A DNA stretch of 64,000 nt from Minisyncoccia bacterium (lineage in GTDB: Bacteria > Patescibacteriota > Minisyncoccia > Phycocordibacterales > PALSA-1337): the NCBI GenBank assembly GCA_049997795.1, contig JBEKVT010000001.1, forward strand, positions 243,751 through 307,750, written 5' to 3'. The number at the start of each line of letters is the position of its first letter. The stretch's first letter is position 1. This document shows positions 37,374-47,073 of this stretch, in pieces. A program made the translations under genes and the position numbers. The notes below the pieces were generated by a model that searched no databases, was not told the DNA's origin, and saw nothing but the letters and a program-made list of their open reading frames with translations.

Positions 37374-39098
37374 ATGAAAATCAACAATAAATGCTTTATT
37401 AACGTTATAGCTGTGGCTGTTCTGTCCATGGCCCCCATCATCCTGTCGGCCGGTGCCGCTTCCGCCGCTCTGACTCCGATGATGCAACAATTGACGGCGC
37501 CTTCAGCAGGTTCAAGTGTCGTCACGGTCACGGTCTATGGCGCCGATCCGAACGCATCCGTCTTGCTGTATTATCCCTCCTCCTCTTCGCTCGCCTCGAC
37601 GAACATAGGCACGACCAACGCCAGCGGCTATCTGTTGACTACAGTCAATTCCACGACCTACGGCATCGCCGCCGGTTCCTCGGTCTATGTCATAGTAGAC
37701 GGAGCACAGTCTCAAGCCCAGGCCTGGCCAAGCTACAATTCTTCCGGAGGCTTGCCGCTGAACCAGACGAACGTCACTCTGCAGGCGGGGCAATCAATAG
37801 CGGTCTCGGCGTCGGTCTCCGCAACCCTATCCATCTCCAATAACAGCAACTCGTCTGTGGCCGGCGCTTACATAAACGGCAATCAGATAATCGTCACGGC
37901 CGGTAATCCCGGCACGACGAACATCACGGTCTGTGCCGCGAACATCGGCTGCTCGACCATATATGTCACCGTCCAATCTTCCTCGTCTTCCGCTCCCGCT
38001 TCCATATCGCTCAGCCAGTCCAATGTGACCATCACCGCCGGGAATAGCCAGGCGGTCACCTTGTCCGGTTCCGGCTCGTATTACGTCTCCAGCAATTCCA
38101 ATCCGTCCGTCGCCTCGTTCAGCCTCTCCGGTTCGACCTTGACCGTGAGCGGCACGAATGCCGGCACCACCGCTCTTTCCGTATGTTCTTCCGGCGGCAA
38201 CAGCGCTAGTTGTGGCACATTGAACGTCACCGTCGTCGCCTCGGGCACGACCAACTCCTCGACGAATTCGGCCGCGCCGACCTTCTCGCCATCTAACGTG
38301 ACCTTGACTGTAGGCGGCAGGCAGTCAGTGACTGTCTACGGCACCGGCACGTATTACATCTTGGCCAATTCCAGTCCAAGCACGGTCACAGCCAACGTGA
38401 ACGGCACCAACATAGACCTGACTGGACTCGCCGTCGGCGGAGCCAACGTCACGGTCTGCCAGATGACCGGCGAATGCAGCAATCTATACGCTTATGTCGC
38501 GGCGGGGAGCGGGACCACAGCCGCATCTTCGGTCCAGTCCCTTGGAACGCCAGCCCTGACCTCGTTCAGCGTCTCCTCGAACGGCATTAACGGCTTCATG
38601 GGCGCCGGCTCTGTCCTGACCTTCACCATGATCGCCAATCAGTCCATCAACACGCCGTCGGTCAAGATCGCCGGCTCGCCGCTCTCGGTCTCCGGCGGCG
38701 GCAACGGCCCCTATACCGCGTCTTATACCGTGACTGGGAACGAGGGTCAGCCGATGTCGGTGGTCATGGCATTCACTAACTCGGTCGGCACCGGCGGCCA
38801 AGCTTATGTCTCGCTCGGCGCTCTCTCCCCGAGCATCTCCACAACCCCGACGTCGGGGAGCCAGTCTTCGGGCAACGCGGCGGCCTTCACCCAATATCTC
38901 ATCGTCGGTTCGAGCGGCTCGGAAGTATCGGCTCTTCAGCGGCGCCTGGCCCAAGATGGCCTCTTCTCCGGCTCGGTCACGGGCTACTTCGGCGCCGCGA
39001 CCAAGGCCGCCGTCAAGGCGTATCAGACCAAGAACGATCTCACTCCGCTCGGCGTAGTCGGCCCGTCGACGAGGGCCCTCTTAAATCAGGGCATATAG
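37374..39098 (+). CDS. secreted cell-surface protein: signal peptide, tandem Big_2-like Ig domains, C-terminal peptidoglycan-binding domain
   Basis: Signal peptide; repeated modules ending ...GTTNITVCAANIGCSTIYVTV / GTTALSVCSSGGNSASCGTLNVTVV (Cys pairs); C-terminal YLIVGSSGSEVSALQRRLAQDGLFSGSVTGYFGAATKAAVKAYQTKNDLTPLGVVGPSTRALL. Confidence 0.65.
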   Translation: MKINNKCFINVIAVAVLSMAPIILSAGAASAALTPMMQQLTAPSAGSSVVTVTVYGADPNASVLLYYPSSSSLASTNIGTTNASGYLLTTVNSTTYGIAAGSSVYVIVDGAQSQAQAWPSYNSSGGLPLNQTNVTLQAGQSIAVSASVSATLSISNNSNSSVAGAYINGNQIIVTAGNPGTTNITVCAANIGCSTIYVTVQSSSSSAPASISLSQSNVTITAGNSQAVTLSGSGSYYVSSNSNPSVASFSLSGSTLTVSGTNAGTTALSVCSSGGNSASCGTLNVTVVASGTTNSSTNSAAPTFSPSNVTLTVGGRQSVTVYGTGTYYILANSSPSTVTANVNGTNIDLTGLAVGGANVTVCQMTGECSNLYAYVAAGSGTTAASSVQSLGTPALTSFSVSSNGINGFMGAGSVLTFTMIANQSINTPSVKIAGSPLSVSGGGNGPYTASYTVTGNEGQPMSVVMAFTNSVGTGGQAYVSLGALSPSISTTPTSGSQSSGNAAAFTQYLIVGSSGSEVSALQRRLAQDGLFSGSVTGYFGAATKAAVKAYQTKNDLTPLGVVGPSTRALLNQGI

Positions 39099-39353
39099 AA
39101 TGGCGGTCGGCCGGCTTCCAGGTCTCATCAGCCGGCAGAATGCAGGCAAGTGACGGTTCGGCTATAATAAATGCATGGTCAATCCGTTCGATCGAAGCTT
39201 CCTGAAATTCCTCATAGGCTTCGCCTGCATCCTTCTCTTGAGCTTCGCTCTGCTCTACTTCGTCGGCGCTTACCTTCATTGAGCTTTTAATGTTTCTTCA
39301 CTGAAAATTGAACCTTTTTTGAAGGTTCTTTGAACCTGCTGTTGCTATGCTTC

Positions 39354-39383
39354 GCGCATTACGAAGAGTAATGCGCTTTTTGG
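39354..39383 (+). terminator. rho-independent terminator
   Basis: GCGCATTACGAAGAGTAATGCGC followed by TTTTTGG; a second hairpin GAACCTTTTTTGAAGGTTC lies just upstream (39310-39328). Confidence 0.65.
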
Positions 39384-39396
39384 CGCTTCCATTTTC

Positions 39397-42354
39397 ATGG
39401 GCAAGATAAGGAAAGTGCTTTTGATCATCAGTCTGGGCATCATCGAATTATTCGCGGTCGTCAGCCTGTCTCCGGTCGCCGCGAGAGCCGAGACCAGGGT
39501 CGGCGGCGTCATCTCGACCGATACCGTCTGGTCTGCCGATAAGAGCCCGTATCTTTTGACAGCTGACCTCACCGTCCCTGACGGCGTCGCCTTGACGATA
39601 GGCCATGGTGTGTCCGTCGGCTTGGCCCCCGGAGCAGATGCCGGTGACATCGATTCCGACCCGGCGCTCTACGTTTCCGGAGGCCGCCTGTTGATCGAGG
39701 GCACCGGCAAAGATCGGGTTTCGATCTCAGACATCGGAGGCGTGATCGTCGCCGGCGGTTCCACTGATAACGGATCAGCCGACATAGCCGACGCCGATCT
39801 TTCCGGCGGTACGGGGATCTCTTTCAGGGATTCGCGCGGTTCCTTGGCTACCACCACTATCTCCGGCGCATTCCAAGGGATCTATATGAAAGACAGCATC
39901 GTCTCCGTCTGGGGCAGCCGGATCAAAGGCAATGAGACGGGCATATTCGTCCAGCCGCACCGGGTCTTTCTGGTCGTGAATGATCAAGATTCGAGACGGA
40001 GGACAGAGCTTAGTGACCGCTTCGGCACGGGCGGCATAGGCAACGCTCTGGCGGACGCCCCGGATCTATATGCTTCGTCGTCTCTCACTATCCGCGGGAC
40101 GAGCTTCGGCGGCAACGCCAGCCGTTCCATATATAACGGCGCCGACTTCACCGTCGACGCGGTCGGCAACTGGTGGGGAAGCCCGACCGGTCCCACCGCG
40201 GCCGGCGCCGATTCTGTCCGTGGTCCGGTAAGCTACTCACCGTGGCTGACGGCCGAACCGCCGCTAGACACCGGCCCGGATGATGCGCCATGTTGCTCGA
40301 GCATCCTTTTCATCCCAGGGCTCGAGAGCACTAGATTATATAGACCGGAATCGCGTCCGTTCGGTCTCGGCACGGCCGTTAACCGCTTATGGGAACCGAA
40401 CGATAATGCCGACGTGACCAAGCTCTATCTCAACCGGTATGGCTCTTCGACCGACGCCTCTATATATTCTGGCGGTCCGATCGACAAGGCTCTCGGTCTC
40501 TTCGGGATATATGGAAGATTCATGGGCTTTCTTGATGATCTTGTCCGAAAAGGCACCGTAAACGAATGGCAAGCCTTCGGCTATGACTGGCGCAAGCCGG
40601 TGTCAGAAGTGGTCGCAGGAAAAGAAAAGAAGGCCACGACGACCGAGTCGCTCGTCGAGACCGTCGCCAAGCTTGCCTCGCGCTCGAAGACAGGCAAGGT
40701 GAGCATCGTCGCCCATTCGAACGGCGGCCTGGTGGCGGAATATCTGGTGAAGACCCTGGCCGATCTCGGCAAGGCCGGCCTCATAGATTCGGTCATATCC
40801 GTCGGCGTGCCGTATCTCGGCACGCCCGCCGCCATCCCGGCCCTGCTTCACGGCGACGGTGAGTCTGTTGGATACGGCCTCATCATGGCCCAGGCGAACG
40901 CCCGCGGCTTGGGCGCCAACATGCCGAGCGCTTATTCGCTCCTGCCCTCGCGTGAGTTCTTCTCGAAAGTCTTCAGCCCGACGATTGTATTCGCCTCGAC
41001 CACTGTTCCCGACCTGAACGACGGTTCGTATCCGCAATCTATCGGTTCATTCGAAGCCCAGTCGGCCTTTATCTCCGGTACGGCCAATTCCCGCAAGGCC
41101 CCTGCAGCCTCGAATACAGCTACGCCTATTAAAGGCAATCAGTTACTCATGGCCACGGCCGACGCGCTCCATGGTCTGCTCGACCCGTTCGCGTGGCCCA
41201 CTTCGATCGCCCGCTGGGCGATAGTGGGATGGAACGACAAGAACACGCCCGTGGGGATCGGATATTCGAACAAGGGTTACAGAGTCATCAGAGATCCTTA
41301 TGGTGACGGGACGGTCATGGCGCAAAGCGCCGAGTTCAATAGCGGCCGAGTCATACCGGTCGATCTTGCCGCGGCCTCGCACCTGGATGGTAAAAATATC
41401 AATCATTCGAACATCTTGGAGGCATCCAACACGGAGACCGCCATAGGCTCGATGATCAGCAATCCCTCCAGGAGCGGCGATCGGATTTACAATGACAACC
41501 CGGCCGAGCACAATACGAAAGTCCTTAACGAGCTGTCAAAGATCCCAGGCGTCAGCGTGAATGACATGGATTGGAACCATCTGGCCGCCGAATATGAAGC
41601 CTCCAGGAAAGAATTACGGGTGAGCACCCATTCGCCGGTCAAGTTGAACGTTTACGACAGCCACGGCAATCATACCGGCGAAGTACCTTTGCCGCCGGAA
41701 GTGGCGTCGCAGGTCGAGGAAGGCCTTTATACCATGAAAGAAGAGAAGATACCTGGCAGCAGTTACGACGTGCTCGGTTGTGGTAGCGATAACGATTGCA
41801 ATACTTCGATCGCAGTCCCGGATGACGGCGAGAAGTACACGGTGACGCTCGACGGCGTCGGCACGGGCTCTTTCACCCTCGATATAGAGCGCGTGAGAGC
41901 CACCACGACCGTCGAAACGGTTGAGTGGAACGGCGTACCGGTAACACAGCTGTCTGCGGCGACCACGACTATCGTAAGCTACGCCGGATTCAACGCCCCT
42001 AAGGCCGGTCTGGCTTCCTCGACCGCTCCGCTTTCGCTCGACATAGACGGCGACGGGACTATCGACGCTACCTCAAGCCCCGGCCCTTCATTTGACCAGG
42101 ACAAGGCTCTGGATCTCCTGAAAAAATCCTGCGATGCCGCGGGACACGGCTCGCAGCGTTGTAAAGATATCTCCAGCCGCATCGATCGCATACGAGAATC
42201 GATGAAGTCTCTAAGATTCCTCTCGGCGCATGCCTCAGATTGGCGCTTGCCGCTTGCCGGTTCCGGGCACCTTAGATTCAAAATGCTCACTCCATCCGAC
42301 CGAAACCACCTCTTAGACAGCCTCGACGACTTCCTGAAGCGATTCGAGCATTGA
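39397..42354 (+). CDS. large secreted protein: N-terminal right-handed parallel beta-helix, central alpha/beta-hydrolase (LCAT/PGAP1-like lipase-esterase) domain, C-terminal beta-rich domain
   Basis: Signal/TM MGKIRKVLLIISLGIIELFAVVSL; beta-helix-like repeats; nucleophile elbow IVAHSNGGLVAEYL (GxSxG-like) in a region resembling LCAT/lipase class 2. Confidence 0.6.
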   Translation: MGKIRKVLLIISLGIIELFAVVSLSPVAARAETRVGGVISTDTVWSADKSPYLLTADLTVPDGVALTIGHGVSVGLAPGADAGDIDSDPALYVSGGRLLIEGTGKDRVSISDIGGVIVAGGSTDNGSADIADADLSGGTGISFRDSRGSLATTTISGAFQGIYMKDSIVSVWGSRIKGNETGIFVQPHRVFLVVNDQDSRRRTELSDRFGTGGIGNALADAPDLYASSSLTIRGTSFGGNASRSIYNGADFTVDAVGNWWGSPTGPTAAGADSVRGPVSYSPWLTAEPPLDTGPDDAPCCSSILFIPGLESTRLYRPESRPFGLGTAVNRLWEPNDNADVTKLYLNRYGSSTDASIYSGGPIDKALGLFGIYGRFMGFLDDLVRKGTVNEWQAFGYDWRKPVSEVVAGKEKKATTTESLVETVAKLASRSKTGKVSIVAHSNGGLVAEYLVKTLADLGKAGLIDSVISVGVPYLGTPAAIPALLHGDGESVGYGLIMAQANARGLGANMPSAYSLLPSREFFSKVFSPTIVFASTTVPDLNDGSYPQSIGSFEAQSAFISGTANSRKAPAASNTATPIKGNQLLMATADALHGLLDPFAWPTSIARWAIVGWNDKNTPVGIGYSNKGYRVIRDPYGDGTVMAQSAEFNSGRVIPVDLAAASHLDGKNINHSNILEASNTETAIGSMISNPSRSGDRIYNDNPAEHNTKVLNELSKIPGVSVNDMDWNHLAAEYEASRKELRVSTHSPVKLNVYDSHGNHTGEVPLPPEVASQVEEGLYTMKEEKIPGSSYDVLGCGSDNDCNTSIAVPDDGEKYTVTLDGVGTGSFTLDIERVRATTTVETVEWNGVPVTQLSAATTTIVSYAGFNAPKAGLASSTAPLSLDIDGDGTIDATSSPGPSFDQDKALDLLKKSCDAAGHGSQRCKDISSRIDRIRESMKSLRFLSAHASDWRLPLAGSGHLRFKMLTPSDRNHLLDSLDDFLKRFEH

Positions 42355-42419
42355 TCCGGCCGACCTCTTGCAAAACGGTTGCGCTCCAGAGCCGCCCATG
42401 CTAATCTAGCCGTCAAGGC

Positions 42420-42554
42420 CAAAGACAGAAGGCGACCGCTTAGAGCGGGTTAAGACCTTCCGAGGTATATCATCTCCTTTGTTTGGCCTCACAAAGGTCG
42501 AACCTGCCCCCTGCACGCAAGGGGCAGGATATAAGATTCATAACCGATCATCAT
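42420..42554 (+). promoter_or_regulatory. putative rplJ leader (L10 autoregulatory region) with GC hairpin
   Basis: Structured 5' region CTGCCCCCTGCACGCAAGGGGCAG immediately upstream of rplJ; family assignment by position only. Confidence 0.3.
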
Positions 42555-43046
42555 ATGGCTCGCACAAAAGAACAGAAGAAGGCCGTGGTGGAGAAGCTCC
42601 AGACGATCATGGACGGAGCGAAGTCCTTGGTCTTCGTCAACATCCACGGCCTCAAGGTCGCCGACGCCACGGCCATGCGCCGCAAGCTGAAGGCGGACCA
42701 GACCGGCTTCTTCGTGGCCAAGAAGACCCTGACCGGGAAGGCCCTCGAGGCCAAGAAGTACAAAGGCACCGAGCCGGTGCTTCCCGGCGAATTCGCCATG
42801 GCCTACGGCGCCGATCTGGTCGCCCCGGCCCGCGGCGTGTACGAATTCCAGAACAAGTTGAAAGACAGGATCTCCATCGTGGGAGGCGTCTTCGAAGGGA
42901 AGTACATGTCGAAAGACGAGATGACGGCGATCGCCGCCATCCCGCCACTCTCGGTCCTTCGCGGCATGTTCGTCAATGTTATTAATTCGCCCATCCAAGG
43001 CCTTGTTTCGGCCTTGGACGAGATTAGCAAGCAAAAGACTGCTTAA
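42555..43046 (+). CDS. rplJ: 50S ribosomal protein L10
   Basis: MARTKEQKKAVVEKLQTIMDGAKSLVFVNIHGLKVADATAMRRKLK...; start at Met 42555 within the longer track ORF. Confidence 0.9.
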   Translation: MARTKEQKKAVVEKLQTIMDGAKSLVFVNIHGLKVADATAMRRKLKADQTGFFVAKKTLTGKALEAKKYKGTEPVLPGEFAMAYGADLVAPARGVYEFQNKLKDRISIVGGVFEGKYMSKDEMTAIAAIPPLSVLRGMFVNVINSPIQGLVSALDEISKQKTA

Positions 43047-43055
43047 TTAAAAATC

Positions 43056-43466
43056 ATGGAAACCAACAACACCCCCAATAATAATGTCCTCCTAGAGATC
43101 CCGGCGAAGTTCAAATCCATCGTCGAGACCATCGAGAAGATGTCCGTCATCGACCTTTCCGAGCTCGTCAAGCTCCTGGAGAAGAAGTTCGGCGTCTCGG
43201 CTAAGGCCGCGGTCCAGGCGGCTGCCCCGGTCGCCGCTCCGGCCGGCGAAGAGAAGAGCATCATGGCCGTCCACCTTACCTCGGCCGGCGCTCAGAAGAT
43301 CGCCGTCATCAAGGCCGTCAAGGAAGCCCTCATCCTCGGCTTGAAAGAAGCCAAAGACCTCGTCGACAGCGCCCCGGCCCTCTTGAAAGACGGCATGAAG
43401 AAAGAGGATGCCGAGAACCTGAAGAAACAGATCGAAGCCGCCGGCGGCAAGGTCGAGTTCAAATAA
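43056..43466 (+). CDS. rplL: 50S ribosomal protein L7/L12
   Basis: Ala-rich hinge and CTD ...[56 protein letters not shown]. Confidence 0.95.
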   Translation: METNNTPNNNVLLEIPAKFKSIVETIEKMSVIDLSELVKLLEKKFGVSAKAAVQAAAPVAAPAGEEKSIMAVHLTSAGAQKIAVIKAVKEALILGLKEAKDLVDSAPALLKDGMKKEDAENLKKQIEAAGGKVEFK

Positions 43467-43494
43467 GCCCCGGACTGGTCCCGAATCGGGTATA

Positions 43495-44133
43495 ATGTCA
43501 TATACCATGGACGCTCTCGACGCCATCTTCGGCAACCGCGCCAAGGTTAAGATTCTGCGCCTTTTCCTATTCAATCCGGAGACGGCCTTCTTTCTGCGCG
43601 AGGTGTCGCGCCGGACGCGGGTCTCGCCGAACACGGTGAGAAAGGAGCTCTCTAACCTCACGGAGGCCGGCATCCTGAAGAAACGGCCGATCGTGAAGAA
43701 CGTCGAGACCTTCCGCGGCAAGAAAGCGGTCGTCAAAAAAGCCCGCGGGGAAGGATACGTCCTGTACGGGAAGTTCGCTTACCTCGAGCCCTTGAAGAAT
43801 CTCCTGGTCATCTCCAGCGTTTCCGCCGACGAGTCGCTCGTCAGGCGTTTCGCCGGGGTCGGCCGCCTCAAATTCGTCCTGGCCGCCGGCATCTTCATCC
43901 AGAATTGGGATTCGCGGGTCGACATTCTCATCGTCGGCGACGGCCTCTCCCTCCGCAAGATCGAGACCGCGATCAGGGGGATCGAAGCCGACATAGGCAA
44001 GGAGATAACCTATTCCGCTTTCGAGACGCAGGATTTCGAATATCGCTTGGGCATCCATGACCGCCTGGTCAGGGATATCCTCGACTACCCGCACGTGACT
44101 CTCCTGGACCGGCTCGGGGTCGAACCGCGGTAA
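43495..44133 (+). CDS. hypothetical protein with N-terminal winged HTH (transcriptional regulator-like)
   Basis: KILRLFLFNPETAFFLREVSRRTRVSPNTVRKELSNLTEAGIL resembles ArsR/MarR-type wHTH; C-terminal 120 aa unassigned. It sits where rpoB would normally follow rplL. Confidence 0.5.
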   Translation: MSYTMDALDAIFGNRAKVKILRLFLFNPETAFFLREVSRRTRVSPNTVRKELSNLTEAGILKKRPIVKNVETFRGKKAVVKKARGEGYVLYGKFAYLEPLKNLLVISSVSADESLVRRFAGVGRLKFVLAAGIFIQNWDSRVDILIVGDGLSLRKIETAIRGIEADIGKEITYSAFETQDFEYRLGIHDRLVRDILDYPHVTLLDRLGVEPR

Positions 44134-44255
44134 TCCAGGCCGGACCAGCGCCTCCATTCGGTATCCACAGGCCTTTCCGAGGCCTGTTTCGGCGTTAAGT
44201 GGTATAATCAAACGACCATTACAAGGCGTAATTATCAGTTAAAAGCCATAAATAT

Positions 44256-44945
44256 ATGATGTTCATCCAAACCTGGGGCGATGTCTTCACTCAATCGCTT
44301 CAGAGCGTCTGGTACGGCGTGGCCAACTTCGTGCCGAGCCTTATCGTCGCCCTTATCATCTTCGCCATCGGCTGGGTCCTGGCTTCTCTCGTCGAGAAGC
44401 TCGTAGAGGGGATATTCAAGGTCCTGAAAGTCGACGCCGGACTCCGGTCCGCCGGCATGGAAGACGTGGTCAAGCGCGCCGGCCATAACCTCAACTCCGG
44501 TATGTTCGTCGGCGCCCTCTGTAGGTGGTTTGTCATCGTGGTCTTCCTGATGGCCTCGTTCGACGTCCTCGGCCTCCAGCAGGTCAATCAATTCCTCCGC
44601 GAGGTCGTCTTCTATCTGCCGCAGGTCATCGTGGCCGTCCTCATCCTGATGATCGCCGCGGTAGTGGCCAACGCCATGCAGAAGCTCGTGGTGGCGAGCG
44701 CCAAAGCCGGTCATCTGCACGTAGCCGAGCTCGGCGGGCGCGTCACCAAGTGGTCCATCTGGATCTTCGCTCTCTTGACGGCCCTCTACACCTTGGGCGT
44801 GGCCCCGAGCATCATCCAGACCGTTTTGACGGCCGTCTTTGCCGGCGGCGCCCTGGCCTTCGGTTTGGCCTTCGGTTTGGGCGGCAAGGAAGAAGCGCAG
44901 AAGATCATCGACAGCACTTCCCGCGCCCTGCTCCGCAGGGATTAG
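44256..44945 (+). CDS. membrane protein with conserved TM-helix repeats (MscS N-terminal-like)
   Basis: Three repeats of a basic-flanked TM helix plus short linker; 229 aa. Confidence 0.5.
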   Translation: MMFIQTWGDVFTQSLQSVWYGVANFVPSLIVALIIFAIGWVLASLVEKLVEGIFKVLKVDAGLRSAGMEDVVKRAGHNLNSGMFVGALCRWFVIVVFLMASFDVLGLQQVNQFLREVVFYLPQVIVAVLILMIAAVVANAMQKLVVASAKAGHLHVAELGGRVTKWSIWIFALLTALYTLGVAPSIIQTVLTAVFAGGALAFGLAFGLGGKEEAQKIIDSTSRALLRRD

Positions 44946-44965
44946 CCTTTATCCATTATGGACGC

Positions 44966-44996
44966 GAAGCGGCCCCGGCTGGGGCCGCTTTTGTTC
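44966..44996 (+). terminator. rho-independent terminator
   Basis: GCGGCCCCGGCTGGGGCCGC followed by TTTTGTT. Confidence 0.7.
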
Positions 44997-45046
44997 TCCA
45001 ACGCTCTATCCCCACTATTCACAAACCGCCTGCCGGCTCCCGGGTA

Positions 45047-45074
45047 TTGACTTAAAAACGGCCGTAAGTATACT
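45047..45074 (+). promoter_or_regulatory. strong sigma70-type promoter for the 23S-5S rRNA unit (TTGACT-16-TATACT)
   Basis: TTGACT 45047-45052, 16-nt spacer, TATACT 45069-45074, about 230 nt upstream of the 23S 5' end. Confidence 0.55.
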
Positions 45075-45851
45075 TATAGGCACATCGGAATGATTACAAA
45101 CATTAATCGCCAACATACGCGGCCGTAGCCACACCCCTTTTAACTAGAGGCGTGATGCGGAGCCGCCCAATGAAGCGGTTTTTCGTTTTTACGGGACGAC
45201 TGAAGCTTGAAAATCTCATACCTCAAACAAGTATGTAAGGTCCGTCGGGCTCGGGTCGAGCCGGGCGGACAAAGCAATGTAGGTAATTAACACAAGCGGT
45301 TTTTAGAGTTCCCGACGGGAATTCTAAGGGCGTATGGTGGATGCCTTGGCTTCATGGAGGCGATGAAGGACGCGGCGTGGCGGCGATATGCTTCGGGGAG
45401 GTGCCGAGCAACCTTTGATCCGAAGATTTCCGAATGGGGAAACCCCGTGATGTGAACCATCATGACCTATGTAGTTACTCTATATAGGAGCGTACCCTGG
45501 GAAGTAAAACATTTCAGTACCAGGAGGAATAAAAACAAACTATGCATTCCGTCAGTAGCGGCGAGCGAACGCGGAGGAGACTAAACTCAACCTAAATCGT
45601 ACGGAGCCAGCCGAAAGGCTCGTGCCGTGCGATTTAGGTTGGGAGTTGCAAGGCGGAGACGTGCCGTTTATCGGCAGAGAAGTTACAAAATCTTTCGTTA
45701 GTCGAATCATCTGGAAAGATGAGCCCCAGCAGGTGACAGCCCTGTAGATGAAAATAAAAGATCTTCTTTGTTTCCGTTCTTAAGTACCCCGGGACACGAG
45801 AAGCTCGGGGGAATCCGCCGGAACTAACCGGCAAGTCTAAATACTCCAGAA

Positions 45852-45891
<40 letters not shown>

Positions 45892-46626
45892 CAGCCCGGA
45901 AGGGCGGTGAAATAGACCTGAAACCATATGCCTACAAGGAGTCGGAGCGGGCAGGACTTCGCGTCCGGAAAGTCGGAAGCGGGGCCCTGTCCGTCACGGC
46001 GTGCCTATTGAAGAATGAGCCAACGAGTTCAAGCAAGCAGCTCTGCTAAGGGCGAGAGCCCGGAGCAACAGGGAAACCGAGTCTGAATAGGGCGTTCGTT
46101 GTTTGCTTGAGACCCGAAGCCGGATGAGCTTGCCACGCGCAGGGTGAACCTTTCCGAAAGGAAAGGGGAAGCCCGAACCGGTGAGCCGTGCAAAACTCTC
46201 GGATGACGTGTGGTAAGGAGTGATAAGCTAATCGAATTCGGTAATAGCTGGTTCTCTCCGAAAGAACTTTTGGGTTCGCGTCGCGTTTACCCTTGCGGGG
46301 TAGAGCACTGGAAGATCTCGACAGGCCGAAAGGCCGCGAGACCTATCAAACTCCGAATACGCAAGGTCACTGCGCGGCAGTTAGACTGTGGGGGCTAAGC
46401 TCCATTGGTCAAAAGGGAAACAGCCCATGATCTCAATTTAAGGTCCCTAAATCGACGTTAAGTGCGCTTAAGGTGGTGATATCTCTCCGACAATGAGGAT
46501 GTAGGCTTAGAAGCAGCCATCATTCAAAAAAAGCGTAACAGCTTACTCATCGAGAGGTGTCGCGCCGCAGATAATCGGGGCTCAAACGTCGTACCGAAAC
46601 TGAGGGCTTGTGAACTTCATTGAGGA

Positions 46627-47073
46627 AAATTTTGTTCTTTTAGCCGGTTCCCGCGTAACTAGTCGGCATGGGCGTGCCCGCTGTCTCCCAAGTCAGCAAC
46701 GCTGATCGCTGAATAACGGGAACCGGTGTCGATTTCGCGTCGGAAGGCGGCTCGAATGCGTCGAGCGCTCGAAAGCGGTGGATTAACCTAATCCCAGGTA
46801 AGGAGCCTGGACTAGCTCACTATATCTCTGTGAACCACTGCTTTAAAGCATCGTTCGTTTTCGAGTCTGCCTTCCGACCGGATTTGGTGTCGGGGTGTGG
46901 CGTAGCCCGGTAGCGCGCTCGCTTTGTGGGGCAACAACGTATACCGTGTGTTAAGCACGGCGTGCTAGTGATGATGAGCCATAGATAGTAATCCCCATCT
47001 TGCGAGAAGTCGTCGGTTCAAATCCGACCACCCCGACCAAACTTTTTCTGGCATTTTTCAGGTAAAAATGCCT
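46627..47073 (+). other. intervening sequence (IVS) in 23S helix 45, closed by a 19-bp stem
   Basis: CTTGTGAACTTCATTGAGG (46608-46626) pairs with CCTCAATGAAGTTCGCAAG (47074-47092), one G-U. Flanking sequence aligns to E. coli 23S on either side of helix 45 (about nt 1170), the site of known Salmonella/Yersinia IVSs. Confidence 0.7.
46891..47039 (+). tRNA. tRNA-like element inside the 23S IVS, with a 72-nt insertion in the anticodon loop (possible anticodon UGU)
   Basis: Acceptor CGGGGTG/CACCCCG (7 Watson-Crick bp), U8, D-arm GCGT-AGCCCGGTA-GCGC (G18G19 present), anticodon stem CTCGC/GCGAG, 5-nt variable loop, T-arm GTCGG-TTCAAAT-CCGAC, discriminator A plus encoded CCA. Confidence 0.5.

Noticed and set aside
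35205-39098. Highly repetitive Thr/Ser/Gly/Ala-rich DNA in the two surface-protein genes as possible CRISPR or tandem-repeat arrays.
   Set aside because: Repeats are imperfect, in-frame and encode beta-strand-rich Ig-like modules. There are no regularly spaced identical direct repeats with unique spacers. No CRISPR array was found anywhere in the window.
46891-47039. Whether the tRNA-like element in the 23S IVS is a chance resemblance.
   Set aside because: Not dismissed: four helices with correct lengths and positions, a conserved T-loop, G18G19, U8, discriminator and CCA occurring together are very unlikely by chance. Function as a genuine, charged tRNA is not assumed, given the 72-nt anticodon-loop insertion and G at position 37.
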